Assembly: GCF_006345805.1 (NCBI RefSeq)
Contig: NC_043016.1
Location: 6,386,001-6,450,000, forward strand
Source: Octopus sinensis
Lineage: Eukaryota
Length of the DNA: 64,000 bases
Direction: 5' to 3'
In this document: piece by piece, positions 1 to 12,781 of the stretch
How positions within the stretch are numbered: the stretch's first letter is position 1
Layout: each line of letters starts with the position of its first letter
The notes under the pieces: model-generated
Told to the model about the DNA's origin: nothing
The model's input: the letters and a program-made list of their open reading frames with translations, nothing else
Databases searched by the model: none
Translations under genes and position numbers: made by a program

Positions 1-972
1 CTGAGGATATGCGTAAGCTCGCTAGAAATGAAGCCAGTATGCTCCGATGGAGGTGTAATGCCGGTACTCACACTCGGCAGAGTGTAAGTACCTTGAGAGA
101 AAAGCTGGACCTAAGAAGCATCAGTTGTGGTGTGCAAGAGAGACGTTTGCGCTGGTATGGTCATGTGGCGAGAATGGATGAAGATAGTTGTGTGAAAAAG
201 TGCCACACCCTAGCGGTTGAGGAAACTGTGGAAGAGGCAGACCCAGGAAAACCTGGGACGAGTGGTGAAGCACGACCTTCGAACTTTAGGTCTCACCAAG
301 GAAATGACTAGAGACCGAGACCTCTGGAAGTGTGCTGTGCGCGAGAAGACCCGGCAGGACAAGTGAGTCCATAACCCGTGGCCTTCTACATGGGATGGAG
401 CCAGCCTACGTATGCATACCTTCCCTTCTTGGGACACAAAACTCTACTTGTGAAGATGTGTTGAGGCAAGTGAGGATCAGAATCGAAATCGATCAATGGA
501 AATTGCAGATGTGTTACCAGTGCCGGTGGCATGTCGAAACTCTACTTGTGAAGACCCGTTGAGGCAAGTGAGGATCAGAATCGAAATCGATCAATGGAAA
601 TTGCAGATGTGTTACCAGTGCCGGTGGCATGTAAGAGAACTTTCCGATTCGCGACCGTTGCCAGCACCGCCCCGTTTCGTGTCCGTTGCCAGCCTCGCCT
701 GGCCCTCATGCCGGTGGCACATAAAAAGCACCATCCGTTCGTGGCCGTTTGCCAGCTCTGTCTGGCACCAGTGCGGGTGGCACATAAAAAGCACCCACTA
801 CACTCACGGAGTGCTTGGCGTTAGGAAGGGCATCCAGCCGTAGAAACACTGCCAGATTTGACTGGGCCTGATGAAGCCTTCTGGCTTCACAGACCCCAGT
901 AGAACCGTCCAAACCATGCTAGCATGGAAAACGGACGCTAAACGATGATGATGATGATGATGATGATGATGA
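1..972 (+). mobile_element. RTE-clade LINE 3' end with composite 3' region and (GAT)n tail
   Basis: C-terminal RRLRWYGHVARM...GRPRKTW remnants, stop near 366, 98-bp tandem duplication 439-634, tail at 944-972. Confidence 0.92.
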
Positions 973-986
973 TATATATATATATA

Positions 987-1194
987 TCACCGTGACTGAC
1001 CAGGCTATCAGATGTTGCTACACATCGCTGGTCACAATGCGCTTCACATTGTTTTAGCCTTCAAGTGACGCCACCACCCCCTGCCGGAGCCTCATGGAGC
1101 TTTAGGTGTTTTCGCTCAATAAACACTCACAACGCCCGGTCTGGGAATCGAAACTGCGAGTCCGCTGCCCTAACCACTGGGCCATTGCGCCTCC
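987..1194 (-). mobile_element. tRNA-derived SINE family C (internally deleted copy)
   Basis: Minus-strand head ggaggcgcaatggcccagtggttag...gtttcgattccc with A/B boxes; shorter than the copy at 22281-22594. Confidence 0.85.
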
Positions 1195-1437
1195 ACACAC
1201 ACACACATATATATATATGCATGTATAATAATAAAAAAAGGATTAAAATATCGAGGCAGATATCAATAAACCACTCAGTTTTAAATGAATTTGATTAACT
1301 ATATTAAACAATCAAACATCAATAAATGCAAGTAGAATACACATCCAAGGTAATTCCTCATGTATGACAATTAGATCCAAATATCATTCCAAGAAATACA
1401 GAGTATTAGACAACAAAAATACAGACAGAGAAAATCA

Positions 1438-3660
1438 GATCATTAATTGTTGAATTCACCGTATAAAGCCGACATTTGTTTCTGTTGTGTGTTTAGATAT
1501 AGAAAGTATTGTTGAAATTAATATATCCGAAACCACAAGGTTTTTTAGGTGACCTAAAATTAGCTAAATTCAAAGTGAACTAAAGAAATATTTCCAGTAC
1601 ATGAATGCCTACAAAATGAATGCTAAGAATAAATATAATCTAAGGAAAGCTATTTATGTATTCAAATCTTGGTGACATCAGTGGATAGCAAAGGAATAAA
1701 AAATAAACACATGAATTCTGTTGAGACAATTTGAAAGATAGACATTCTATATCATGACAATTAGTTATCTACTTATTAAATATTGTAAACTGTTTTAGAA
1801 AAATTATGCTTATTATATAACATGAAAAACAATTCTAATTAAGAATTGGAATATTTGGATGTCTCTCGAAATTTATGGCAGAATTTCATTGTAAAATTCC
1901 CATTAAAATTTAATAAAATTAATTTAGAAGTAATTATATAATACATTTCTTCAACGCAAAGATCATACATATATAGAATTACCAATATTGTACGATGGTG
2001 CATAATTAATAATGGACCACTTTAAACCGTTCGTATTGTTCCTATCTTTTAAATACCAAATGCATTTACTAAGGTTTGTAGAATTACCCTTTCTTCTATA
2101 GGAATAGGTTTATAAACAATAACTTTACTAATCTTACCAATATCTGATATAAATGGTGATTAACTTGTAGATCAGTATTTAAGTTAGGATTGTGGTCTTT
2201 TAAGTTAATTCTAGGGGTTTTAGGGACATAGGGTTCCATTATGTCCTTCATAATTAAGATAAGGTTTAGTAAGTTTTCCATGGAGGTTTTTCTCCCTTTC
2301 AAAGATAATTTTTCTGAGCTAGATTTCAATTCTTTAAGTAAAAGTAATTCCAACTCTGATAATACAGTTAAGTTAACACCTAATTACAATATTAATTATA
2401 ATAATAATAATTCTGCCTTAACACCTAATTCTGAGAGGACTAGTAGCGATTCTTTCAACCATGAGTACCAAATACAAGTGAATAAATACCTGTGTAATTA
2501 TAAAAACAGTGCTTAAGCATAAGTATTATATTATTTATATAGGCTCTTCTCCTACAATTTGGAAATCTAGATTTCATAATCATTCTCATCATCATCATCA
2601 TCATCATCGTTTAACATCTGCTTTCCATGCTGGCATGGGTTGGACGGTTTGACTGAGGACTGGCGAGCCAGATGGCTGCAACAGGATCCAATCTTGATTT
2701 GGCAGGGTTTCTACAGCTGGATGCCCTTTCTAACGTCAACCACTCCGAGTGTCTAGTGGGTGCTTTTATATGCCACCGGCACGAGGGCCAGGCAGGCGGT
2801 ATTGGCAATGGCCACGCTCAAAAGGTGTTTTTTTCATATCACCTGTCCAGGAGCCAGTCAGGCAGCACTGGCAATGACCTCGCTCAAATGTTGTTTTACA
2901 TGTGCCACCGACACAAGTGCCAGTAGCTGACGCTGGTAATGATCACGCTTGAATGGTGCTTTTTACGTGCCACCAGCATGGAAGCCAGTTAGCTGCTCTG
3001 GCAATGATCACGCTCAGGTGGTGCTCTTAGCGCTTCACTATCATGGATGCCAGTCATCGAATTTGATTTCATTTTCACTTGCCTCAACAGGTCTTCGCAA
3101 GCAGAGTTTAGTGTCCAATGAAGGAAAGGTACGCCTAAGTGGGCTGGTTACACCACTGGCATATGATTTAAAGTGGTCCATTATTAGTTATACACCATCG
3201 TACAATATTGATAATTCTAAAAGTGATCTATGCCTTGAAGAAATTGTATTATATAATTACATCTAAATTAATTTTGTCAAATTCTAATAGGAATTTTACA
3301 ATGAAATGTTGCCATTTAAAATGCTTCATTTCTTAATTATAAATGCTCTGTTATAATGTAGAATTCTTATGTTTATTTCTCATTCCTTTGCTATCCACTG
3401 ATGTCACCAAGATTTGAATACATAAATAGCTTTTCTTGGATTATATTTCTTGTATTTTGTTAATTTTGTATTCATTCATGTACTGGAGATATTTCCTTGG
3501 TTCACTTTGAATTTAACTAATTTTGGATTGTCATGAGAATGTTGCTTGTGTTAACATGTATTTTTGGATGTTTTATTTTCAATATTTTCTACATCCAAAT
3601 ATGTTGATATAACAGAAACAATTGTCGGCTTTATATGGTGAATTCAAAAATTAAGTGATC
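1438..3660. mobile_element. Older Penelope-like element: internally deleted copy (-, 1438-2580) plus inverted 3' segment (+, 3167-3660)
   Basis: Minus-strand EPYVPKTPRINLKDH...SDIGKISK joined to NSTNLSKCIWYLK...LKWSI; 3167-3660 encodes LKWSIISYTPSYN...DLCLEE and is a diverged reverse complement of 1438-2026. Confidence 0.75.
2588..3165 (-). mobile_element. Family A repeat (RTE composite 3' region) including the proximal RTE 3' UTR
   Basis: (CAT)n tail, cagctggatgccctt domain, modular repeats, then reverse complement of ccagcccacttaggcgtacc...gaggcaagtg. Confidence 0.88.
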
Positions 3661-3998
3661 AAGCCAAAAATATGATTTACTCTATCTGTATTTTTGTTGT
3701 TATATGCAATCACACACAGATATAGATAGATGCGGGTATAGAGACACGGCTTTAAGTTTCTCTGTTAATCACTCAATGATTGTTGCATGCCTTCACTTTT
3801 AAAAAGTTTTTTTGTGTGTATGTGATGCCATTGATTACAAAACATGAAGTACAGACACTCCTGTCGACAGAAAATATACATGAAATAAAAAATCTCTTCA
3901 GGACTTTAGATAATTCAAGGGAAGCAACTTTTTCAGGCTTTATTACAAGATCTTTGTAAAAAATCCTATAAAGCATTAGTTAAAATAATGCATAGATT

Positions 3999-4403
3999 GG
4001 AGTGGCTGTGTGGTAAGTAGCTTGCTTACCAACCACATGGTTCCGGGTTCAGTCCCACTGCATGGCACCTTGGGCAAGTGTTTTCTACTATAGCCTTGGA
4101 CCAACCAAAGCCTTGTGAGTGGATTTGATAGACGGAAACTGAAAGAAGCCTGTCGTATATATGGATATATATATATATATATGTATGTTTGTGTGTCTGT
4201 GTTTGTACCCCCAACATCGCTTGACAACCGATGCTGGTGTGTTTACGTCCTCGTAACTTAGCGGTTCGGCCAAAGAAACCGATAGAATAAGTAGGAGGCT
4301 TACAAAGAATAAGTTCTGGGGTCGATTTGCTCGTCTAAAGGCGGTGCTTCAGCATGGCCACCGTCAAATGACTGAAACAAAAGAGTAAAAGAGAGTAAAG
4401 AGT
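3999..4403 (+). mobile_element. tRNA-derived SINE family B
   Basis: Head gtggctgtgtggtaag...ggttcagtccc, caccttgggcaagtg segment, internal (TA)/(TG) tract, gagtaaaa tail; further copies at ~23470-23690(-), 31660-31950(-), 47240-47590(+), 49500-49890(+), 51630-51780(-). Confidence 0.85.
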
Positions 4404-5255
4404 ATATACATACATACATAAGAGATGTTTACTTGTTGCTTCTTGTTCTTATCCTACATTTTTTTCCATTAAGCAGTGCAAACAAAGCGGTAAATCTTTG
4501 AAGATTTCCTCATTTCCTTCTTTGGTGACTCTGCCAGTGCTGGTGCCACATAAAAAGGATCCAGTTCCTGGTTCATACTGCAAAGAGGTTGGCATTTAGA
4601 AAGGCATCCATCATGAAGGACATCCATTTTCCCCATAGTCAAATATGTAGCAAATATTAATTACTCTTTGTGTTCCATCTACTCCTACTGAAAATTTGAA
4701 AACCAGACTTTTGGAATAGCTGTCCCATATAATTTTGAATTTCCTTTTTTTTTATTTTGATGAGATTCATTTTGTCCCAGTTACCAATTATGCCCCACTT
4801 CCCTTTAGTAATTTCAAGTGTTTGACAGAATGACGAAAAATATTGAAAAAAAGAAAGAAAAAGGCTTGATTTAACGAAAACAGTTGAGCATCTCTGTGAT
4901 AATTCCAAAGCTGGTAAAAATAATGCTTTTAGCTGTTGAGAGATGTAGTTTTATGATTGAAACTAAAATCAAAATTTAAATTTTGGAATATATTCCCTAC
5001 TTACTTGTTTCATAAAATAAGACCAGTTTTCAGTGCCTCACTGAAATAATTAAGTTTAGAAGTAGCAATATATGTGCATATGTGCCTTTAACTGTAAGTG
5101 ATCAAGCCAAAGTCCATTGTTCAGTCATGCGTTGAAAGGAATTTCACCTAGAGACAATAACTTTTTTCTATCAATCTCTTAATGTTGATATACATTTATA
5201 CTTACACACACACACACTCACACATACATTTTCAGGAGTGGTATGTTATCCTTTA

Positions 5256-5490
5256 AGGCGGCAAACTGGCAGAAACGTTAGCACGCTGGGCGAAATGCTT
5301 AGCAGTATTTCGTCTGTCCTTACGTTCTGAGTTCAAATTCTACCGAGGTCGACTTTGCTTTTCATTCTTTTGGGGTCGATAAATTAAGTACCAGTTGCTC
5401 ACTGAGGTTGATGTAATCGACTTAATTCGTTTGTTTGTCCTTGTTTGTCCCCTCTGTGTTTAGCCCCTTGTGGGTAGTAAAGAAATAGGT
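5256..5490 (+). mobile_element. SINE family E (Deu/Nin-domain-like core)
   Basis: ggcggcaaactggcagaaacgttagc head; core gaggtcgactttgcttttcattcttttggggtcgataaattaagtacc resembles the Deu/Nin SINE domain (from memory). Confidence 0.75.
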
Positions 5491-5866
5491 ATGTTGTTTC
5501 CCTTTCTCTGCTGTTGTCCCCAAAAGCAGCTACAATTTCCAAGGGAATTGCTGCTACTGGGTAGCAAACTGATTTTTAATTGAAAGTGGTAAACTCTATG
5601 GTTATCTTATATATTATAAAATGCAATTTGTATCTCATTGCTAGGCAAAGAGGAGTAAAACAAACAAACGGAGTGAGAATGAGTGATAGTCAGAGGCAGA
5701 AAAGCAGGTGAACAGCATTCAAAGGCTTTGCTCTGAAGTCACTCTGAAGTTTAATCAAATTTTTATCATAAATTGTATTTAGTTATCAGTTTCAGACACA
5801 GACACACATACAAATATAGATCTGTGGATGTTGCAAAGTCCCCCTCTTGATCCAAGTTAACCCAAT

Positions 5867-6760
5867 GTAGTTGACAGGGTCATTAGGGAAAAGAAACAGG
5901 CATGGAAGGACTGGAAGAATGGTGGTAGCAGGGAATTGTATCAGACTGCTGGAAGGGAAGCTAGGAGACAGGTTTAGTTAGCCAGTGGGGAAGAAGATAA
6001 GAAACAATTTGCCAATGTTCTGCATCATGAGGACCAAAGACTTGAAATGTTTCATGTTGCAAGAGAGTGTGTGAGAGAGAATTATGATGTTGTAGGAGAG
6101 AAATGTGTCTGCATGGATGATGGCTCACTTGCATTTAATGGGGCTGCAAAGAGAGAGGTTTGGAGACACCATTAAGAAAGGCTGCTCAATAAAGAGAATG
6201 AATGGGAGAAAGAGATTCTGCCGAATGTCGACCCAACAGTGGCACCAGCTATTTGAATTGACAGTACCTTGGTAGATAAAGCAATTATGAAGACAGGGAA
6301 AGCCCCCGGCCCATCAGGAATCACTGCAGAGATGCTTAAAATATCTGACAGATGCTTAAAACACCTGCTTCTGTCTCTTTGTTACACTCTAATCTTTTAT
6401 CTTAACATAATCTGACTGTGGAGTACCTGTGTAGATGGGAGAGGGATGAAGGTAGTATGCTTTTGCAGCACCGATGTGCATGACTGACAGCACATCTGTG
6501 TTGAGGGAAAAGTTAGGCATAAGAGGGATTAAATGTGGTATGCAGGAGAGGAGAATTCGTTGGTTTGGGCATGTGATGCGTATGAGTGAAGACAGATGTA
6601 TACAGAAGTGCCTGTCACTGAAAGTGGTACCTGTAGAAGAGGGGGACATGGGGTGAAGTGGTGAGGTGTGATCTTAGGATGTTGGGGCCCATGGAGGAAA
6701 TGACAGTAGACTGAGTTGTTTGGAGATATGAAGTTCTAAAGAAGACCCATCCACGAAACA
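5867..6760 (+). mobile_element. Degenerate RTE LINE fragments (linker region and C-terminus)
   Basis: Homologous to 58310-58790 and 60060-60340; track ORF 6474-6656 RRIRWFGHVMRM. Confidence 0.85.
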
Positions 6761-6795
6761 GTGCTAGAAGAGTTCAGTCCCACCCACTCTACCTT

Positions 6796-9473
6796 CATCA
6801 TCATCATCATCATCGTTTAGCGTCCGTTTTCCATGCTAGCATGGGTTGGACGGTTCTACTGGGGTCTGTGAAGCCAGAAGGCTTCATCAGGCCCAGTCAA
6901 ATCTGGCAGTGTTTCTACGGCTGGATGCCCTTCCTAACGCCAACCACTCCGTGAGTGTAGTGGGTGCTTTTTACGTGCCACCCGCACTGGTGCCAGACAG
7001 AGCTGGCAAACGGCCACGAACGGATGGTGCTTTTTATGTGCCACCGGCACGAGGGCCAGGTGAGGCTGGCAACGGACACGAAACGGGGCGGTGCTGGCAA
7101 CGGTCGCGAAATGGAAAGTTCTCTTACATGCCACCGGCACTGGTAACACATCTGCAATTTCCATTGATCGATTTCGATTCTGATCGTCACTTGCCTCAAC
7201 GGGTCTTCACAAGCAGAGTTTTGACATGCCACCGGCACTGGTAGCACATCCGCAATTCCATTGATCGATTTCGATTCTGATCCTCACTTGCCTCATCACG
7301 TCTTCACAAGTAGAGTTTTGTGTCCCAAGAAGGGAAGGTATGCATACGTAGGCTGGCTCCATCCCATGTAGAAGGCCACGGGTTATGGACTCACTTGTCC
7401 TGCCGGGTCTTCTCGCGCACAGCACACTTCCAGAGGTCTCGGTCTCTAGTCATTTCCTCAGTGAGACCTAAAGTTCGAAGGTCGTGCTTCACCACCTCAT
7501 CCCAGGTTTTCCTGGGTCTGCCTCTTCCACAGGTTCCCTCAACCGCTAGGGTGTGGCACTTTTTCACACAACTATCTTCATCCATTCTCGCCACATGACC
7601 ATACCAGCGCAAATGTCTCTCTTGCACACCACAACTGATGCTTCTTAGGTCCAGCTTTTCTCTCAAGGTACTTACACTCTGCCGAGTGTGAGTACCGGCA
7701 TTACACATCTCGGAGCATACTGGCTTCATTTCTAGCGAGCTTATGCATATCCTCAGCAGTCACGGCCCATGTTTCACTGCCATGTAGCATGGCTGTTCGT
7801 ACACACGCATCATACAGTCTGCCTTTCACTCTGTGCGAGAGGCCTTTTGTCACCAGTAGAGGTAAGAGCTCTCTGAACTTTGCCCAAGCTATTCTTACTC
7901 TAGCAGTTACACTTTCAGCACACCCGCCCCCGCTGCTGACTTGGTCACCTAGGTAACGGAAACTATCAACTATTTCTAGTTTTTCTCCCTGGAAAGTGAC
8001 GGAAGTTGGTCTCAGAGCATTTTCAGTGTGTATTGTTCCTGAGCATCTGCCACATACAAAAACCATCTTCCTAGTTAGCCTTCCTTTGACATTGCTGCAT
8101 CTCTTATGTGTCCATAGCTTACACTTGGTGCATCTTATAGAGTTTCTACCTACACCTTTTCTACAGATCGAGCAGGGCCATCTACCTGAAGGTGTTTGTG
8201 ATTTGTCTACTTCCTACTGATTACGACTTTGGTTTTAGCTAGATTGACTCTGAGGCCCTTCGATTCTAATCCTTGTTTCCACACCTGAAACTTCTCCTCC
8301 AGTTCTGATAGCGACTCAGCAATTAGAGCAAGGTCATCAGCATAGAGGAGCTCCCAAGGGCATCCTGTCTTGAATTCCTCCGTTATTGCCTGGAGGACTA
8401 TGATAAATAGGAGGGGGCTGAGTACTGAGCCTTGGTGGACTCCTACCTCTACCCGGAATTCTTCACTGTACACATTTCCAACCCTCACCCTACTAGCGGC
8501 GTCCCTGTACATGGCCCGCACAGCTCTCACTAACCATTCATCTATCCCTAGTTTCCTCATTGCCCACCAGATAAGGGATCGGGGGACCCTGTCGAAGGCT
8601 TTCTCCATGTCAACAAAAGCCAGGTACAGGGGCTTATCTTTGGCTAGGTATTTCTCCTGCAGCTGCCTTACCAGGAATATAGCATCAGTAGTACTTTTCC
8701 CTGGCACAAACCCAAACTGCATCTCATCTAAACTAACTCTCTCTCTAATTAGTTGGGCTATGACCCTCTCCGTAACCTTCATCACCTGGTCCAACAGCTT
8801 GATACCTCTGTAGTTATTTGTATCTAGGGCATCACCTTTACCTTTGTAGCAGTTGACTATTATACTGCTACACCAGTCATTGGGTATGACCCCTTTGTGT
8901 ATCACCTGATTAACTATATGGGTGACTAGGCTATAGCCGACACTACCAGACATTTTGAACATCTCTGCAGTGATTCCTGATGGGCCTGGGGCTTTCCCTG
9001 TCTTCATGCTTCTAATTGCCTTAGCTACCACGGAACTATCAACTCGGATAGCCGGTCCCTCTGTTGGGTCAACATTCGGCAGACTCTCTTTATCCCATTC
9101 ATTTTCTTCATTCAGTAACCTTTCATAGTGGCATCTCCAAACCTCTCTCTTTGCATCCTCATTTAGCGCAAGTGAACCATCTTCCATGCGAACACACTTC
9201 TCTCCTACCACATCACGATTCTCTCTCACACACTGTCTTGCAACACGAAACACCTCCAGTCTTTGGTCCTCACGGCGCAGAACATTGGCAAATTTTTTCT
9301 TATCTGCTTCCCCTCTGGCTAAATAAACCTGTCTCCTAGCTTCTCTTTTGGCAGTCTGATACAATCCCCTGCTACCCCCATTTTTCCAGACCTTCCAAGC
9401 CTGTCTCTTTTCTCTAATAGCCCTGTCTACAATATTGTTCCACCACCACGTTATTCTAGGTCGAGAGGGGACT
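6796..9473 (-). mobile_element. 5'-truncated RTE-clade LINE (RT domain, PHD finger, composite 3' region)
   Basis: ORF 8207-9364 with FVDMEKAFDRVP, VHQGSVLSPLLF, LYADD; ORFs 7701-8066 and 7391-7729 continue after 1-nt indels; (CAT)n at 6796. Confidence 0.96.
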
Positions 9474-9599
9474 GAACTACAACTCCTCTTCTAACTGCAT
9501 CTTTCTCTTCCTCACATTTCCTCTTCATAAATTATGATTGTTTTCCAATCCCCTTTCTTGCCCTCAATGCTCCCTGCTCACTATATCTATTTTTCTAAC

Positions 9600-9960
9600 C
9601 AGGTTAGAAAATGAAAATCAAATGGCAATTGTAGTTAAGATACCCGTGCCGGTAACATGTTAAAAGCACCATCCGAACGTGGCAGTTGCCAGCGCCGCTT
9701 GACTGGCGTCCGTGTCGGTGACACGTAAAAGCACCATTCAATCGTGGCCATTTGCCTGCCTCCCCTGGCCCCTGTGGCAGTGGCATGTAAAAAGCACCCA
9801 CTACACTCATGGAATGGTTGGTGTTAGGAAGGGCATCCAGCTGTAGAAACTCTGCCAGGTCAGACTGGGCCTGGTGCAGCCTCCTGGCTTTCCAGACCTC
9901 GGTCGAACCGTCCAACCCATGCTAGCATGGAAAACGGACGTTAAATGATGATGATGATGT
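9600..9960 (+). mobile_element. Family A repeat
   Basis: aaaagcaccatc modules, aggaagggcatccagctgtagaaac domain, (GAT)n tail. Confidence 0.88.
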
Positions 9961-10424
9961 TCTGTGCTCATATTCTTGTTACTTATGAGTATACCCTAGC
10001 ACTACACCATTTCTCTCCTGCTCTGTCTCTTACACTTTTGCTCTTTCCTAATCTCTCTCTCTCTGTTTCCCTTTGGTCACTCTCTCTCTCTCCATTTCTT
10101 TTTCCTCTGACTAGGTAACCAAGTATCTCCTTTACATCAGCATACTTCAGTTTCTGTCCTTTTTCTTGTACCTCTCTCTCTCTCTCTCTCACTGAATAAC
10201 TATGTACTGTCTCTAAAGCAAGACACCTATTTCTGCCTCTCTATTTCCTTGTTACACTCTAACCTTTCATCACTTAATACTGCATCGCCTTATCTAATTA
10301 CTCCCTCTACTGTGGAAAGACACCTGCTCCTGTTTCTTTGTCACACTCTAACCTTTCATCCTCAGACACAAGTTCCCCTCCTCAAATGCCCCAGCCCTTC
10401 TCATAATTCCTTGTCTTGTGAGTT

Positions 10425-11120
10425 ACTTGGTGACCCTGCCAGTGCTGGTGCCATGTAAAAAGCACTCAGTCCACACTGTAAAGTGGTTGGCACTTGGAAG
10501 GTCATCCAGCTGTAAAAAGCATGCCCAAACCAACCTCACCTGTGCTAGTACCACGTAAAAAGCACCAAGTCCACTCTGTGGAGTGGTTGGTGTTAGGAAG
10601 GGCATCCAACCGTAAAATCCCTGCCAAAATAGACAAAGTGGCTAAGGGTAGTTTTTCTACCTGGCCAGCTCCTGTCAACTGTCCTGGCCATGCATGCATG
10701 GAAGATGGACGTTAAATGATGATGATGATATATATATATATATTGTCAGTGTATTATACATACATACACACACACATATATATATATCGACCGTGATCAT
10801 TACCTGCGTCGCCTTACTAGCAGTTGTGCTGGTGGCATGTGAAAAAACATTCGGGTGAGGTTGTTGCCAGTGCCGCTGGACTGGTTCCTGTGCAGGTGGC
10901 ACATAAAAAGCACCATTTGAGCGTGCCGTTGCCAGTACCGCCTGACTGGCCCTCGTGCCAGTGGCACGTAAAAAGCTCCCACTACACTCTCGGAGTGGTT
11001 GGCGTTAGGAAGGGCATCCAGCTGTAGATTGGAGTCTGGTTCGCCAGACCTCAGTCAAATCGTGCAACCCATGCTAGCATGGAAAGCGGACTGTAAACGA
11101 TGATGATGATGATGATGAAT
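10425..11120 (+). mobile_element. Two adjacent family A repeats (10425-10730, 10790-11120)
   Basis: Each ends ...catggaa...ggac.ttaaa(c/t)gatgatgat. Confidence 0.85.
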
Positions 11121-12446
11121 ATATATATATATATAGTCAGTGTATTATATTGAAGTCAAATGTGTACTTACTAAACTAAACATGTGTTTATATTCTGATC
11201 ATGTATACAACGACAAGTTGCCAGCTGAATATCTGAGTCAAGATGACATTTTGGGTACCAACACGGTACTCATTGCACTGCACATTAGTGGACTCCAGAT
11301 TTAATTAAATTGCACGTTCCGAGTTAGAGGAATGATAAAGAAATAGCAACAGATGGATTGTAATTCACTAAACTATAACTCTTGCAAAATAAAAAATAGG
11401 TCGTCATAACCTAGATTTATCGAACGTCAAAATGTTATTTGTTTCCGTTATTAAAGAATCGATATGATGTCACCCCTTCTATATATGATAGATGGGGTCC
11501 AGACAAAAGCCTCATTTTTCGGTTATTTTTTCACTTTTAGAATTTTTAGTTGAATGTATCGAACCCCAGACTTTAAAAAAAAAACTTGTTGCAGTTACTT
11601 GACTGCACCGCTTTGAAGAACTTTTAGATGGCTGTAAGGAACCCAGAATGTTTTCTTTAAGCTTGATCAAAACAACTTCTGTGATGTAATTCATTTTAGA
11701 GTGCGGCCATGCTACTGCACCACCTTGAGGAACTTTTAGTCGACCCAAGAATTTTTGTATCGACCCCAGAATTTTTTTTAGATGATTTTCAACCAGCGCA
11801 TGAAGTTAAGCCCTGAAGGTCTCTCCATATGCTAGAAATAAAAGCCGAATTTCTTTAAATTTTGGATACCCCTCTCCCCGTTATATATATATTTTTTTAC
11901 TTATTCGTTTTTTTTTTTTTTTTTTACTTTCTAAAAATCTTGTACTTGTTTCAATCACCAAACTGTGGCCATGCTGGGGCACTGTCATGAAGAATTTTTT
12001 TGTCGAATGTATCGACCCCAGAATCTTTTTTTTAAGTGATTTTCAACCATCACAGTTAAGCCTAGAAGGTCTCTCTACATGCTAGAAATAACAGCCGAAT
12101 CTTAAAATTTTAAAAAATAATTTCATGTAAACAAAAACGCAAATCGCAGTTGTAAAAAAAAAATATTATTTTTCAAAATTCTAATTTTTAAATAAATATA
12201 ATATATTTAATCAAAAAACGGTGTCAAAACATTTATGTCCCTCACAATGGTATGTTCCGTGTTTCCTTGTTTTTAGAATAAATAGTTTGAAAATGAAAAT
12301 AAATGAACCAACATCAATTATAGAATAACAGAACAGAGCTAAACTCTTTACTACTCAATCTACATATTGTCTGTATTCTAACAAAAGGGAAAACATTTAC
12401 TTCAAGAATGTGTAGAAACATAAAAACGATAAGAAATACGTTTGAA

Positions 12447-12492
<46 letters not shown>

Positions 12493-12502
<10 letters not shown>

Positions 12503-12781
12503 TATTTGAGACAAAAACCACTATTTTGCAAAACAAAAAAGGAAAGACTTAATCAATACATAAAATTAATAAATAGTCAAAAAAAACCGCACTACAATCG
12601 TTTCTTCTGATCTTGATCGACAATCTTCAGGTGGACTTCCAATCTAAAAAATCAAAATTTTAAAATATAAAAATAATACTTTTAAATAATTAAAGTATAA
12701 TGAAAAATATAAGTATATAATCCATATATAACCTATATATAATCCATATCGAAAATATAGACTAATTACCACGAATTCCCT
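12493..12781 (-). repeat. PLE 3' terminal pseudo-LTR (left arm)
   Basis: Near-identical reverse complement of 17781-18066; abuts the (TA)n tract at 12452-12495. Confidence 0.9.
12589..12634 (-). ncRNA. Second hammerhead copy (stem II and stem I degraded)
   Basis: Minus strand ccac CTGAAGA ttgtcgatcaagatcagaa GAAAC gatt GTA gtgc. Confidence 0.6.

Noticed and set aside
3773-3976. Minus-strand ORF with ELSKVLKRFFISC, faintly like Crypton/ZMYM domains
   Set aside because: Only a short motif-level resemblance, with no further conserved residues or element ends
4830-4914. Possible first NOC4L coding exon (MTKNIEKKKEK...LTKTVEHLCDNSKA)
   Set aside because: The ATG frame stops at 4872-4874; the attractive peptide needs a frameshift and similarity is weak
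6846-7244. Recurrent ORFs such as MDGSTGVCEARRLHQAQSNLAVFLRLDALPNANHS
   Set aside because: Antisense translations of family A repeats with inconsistent frames between copies; not a protein family
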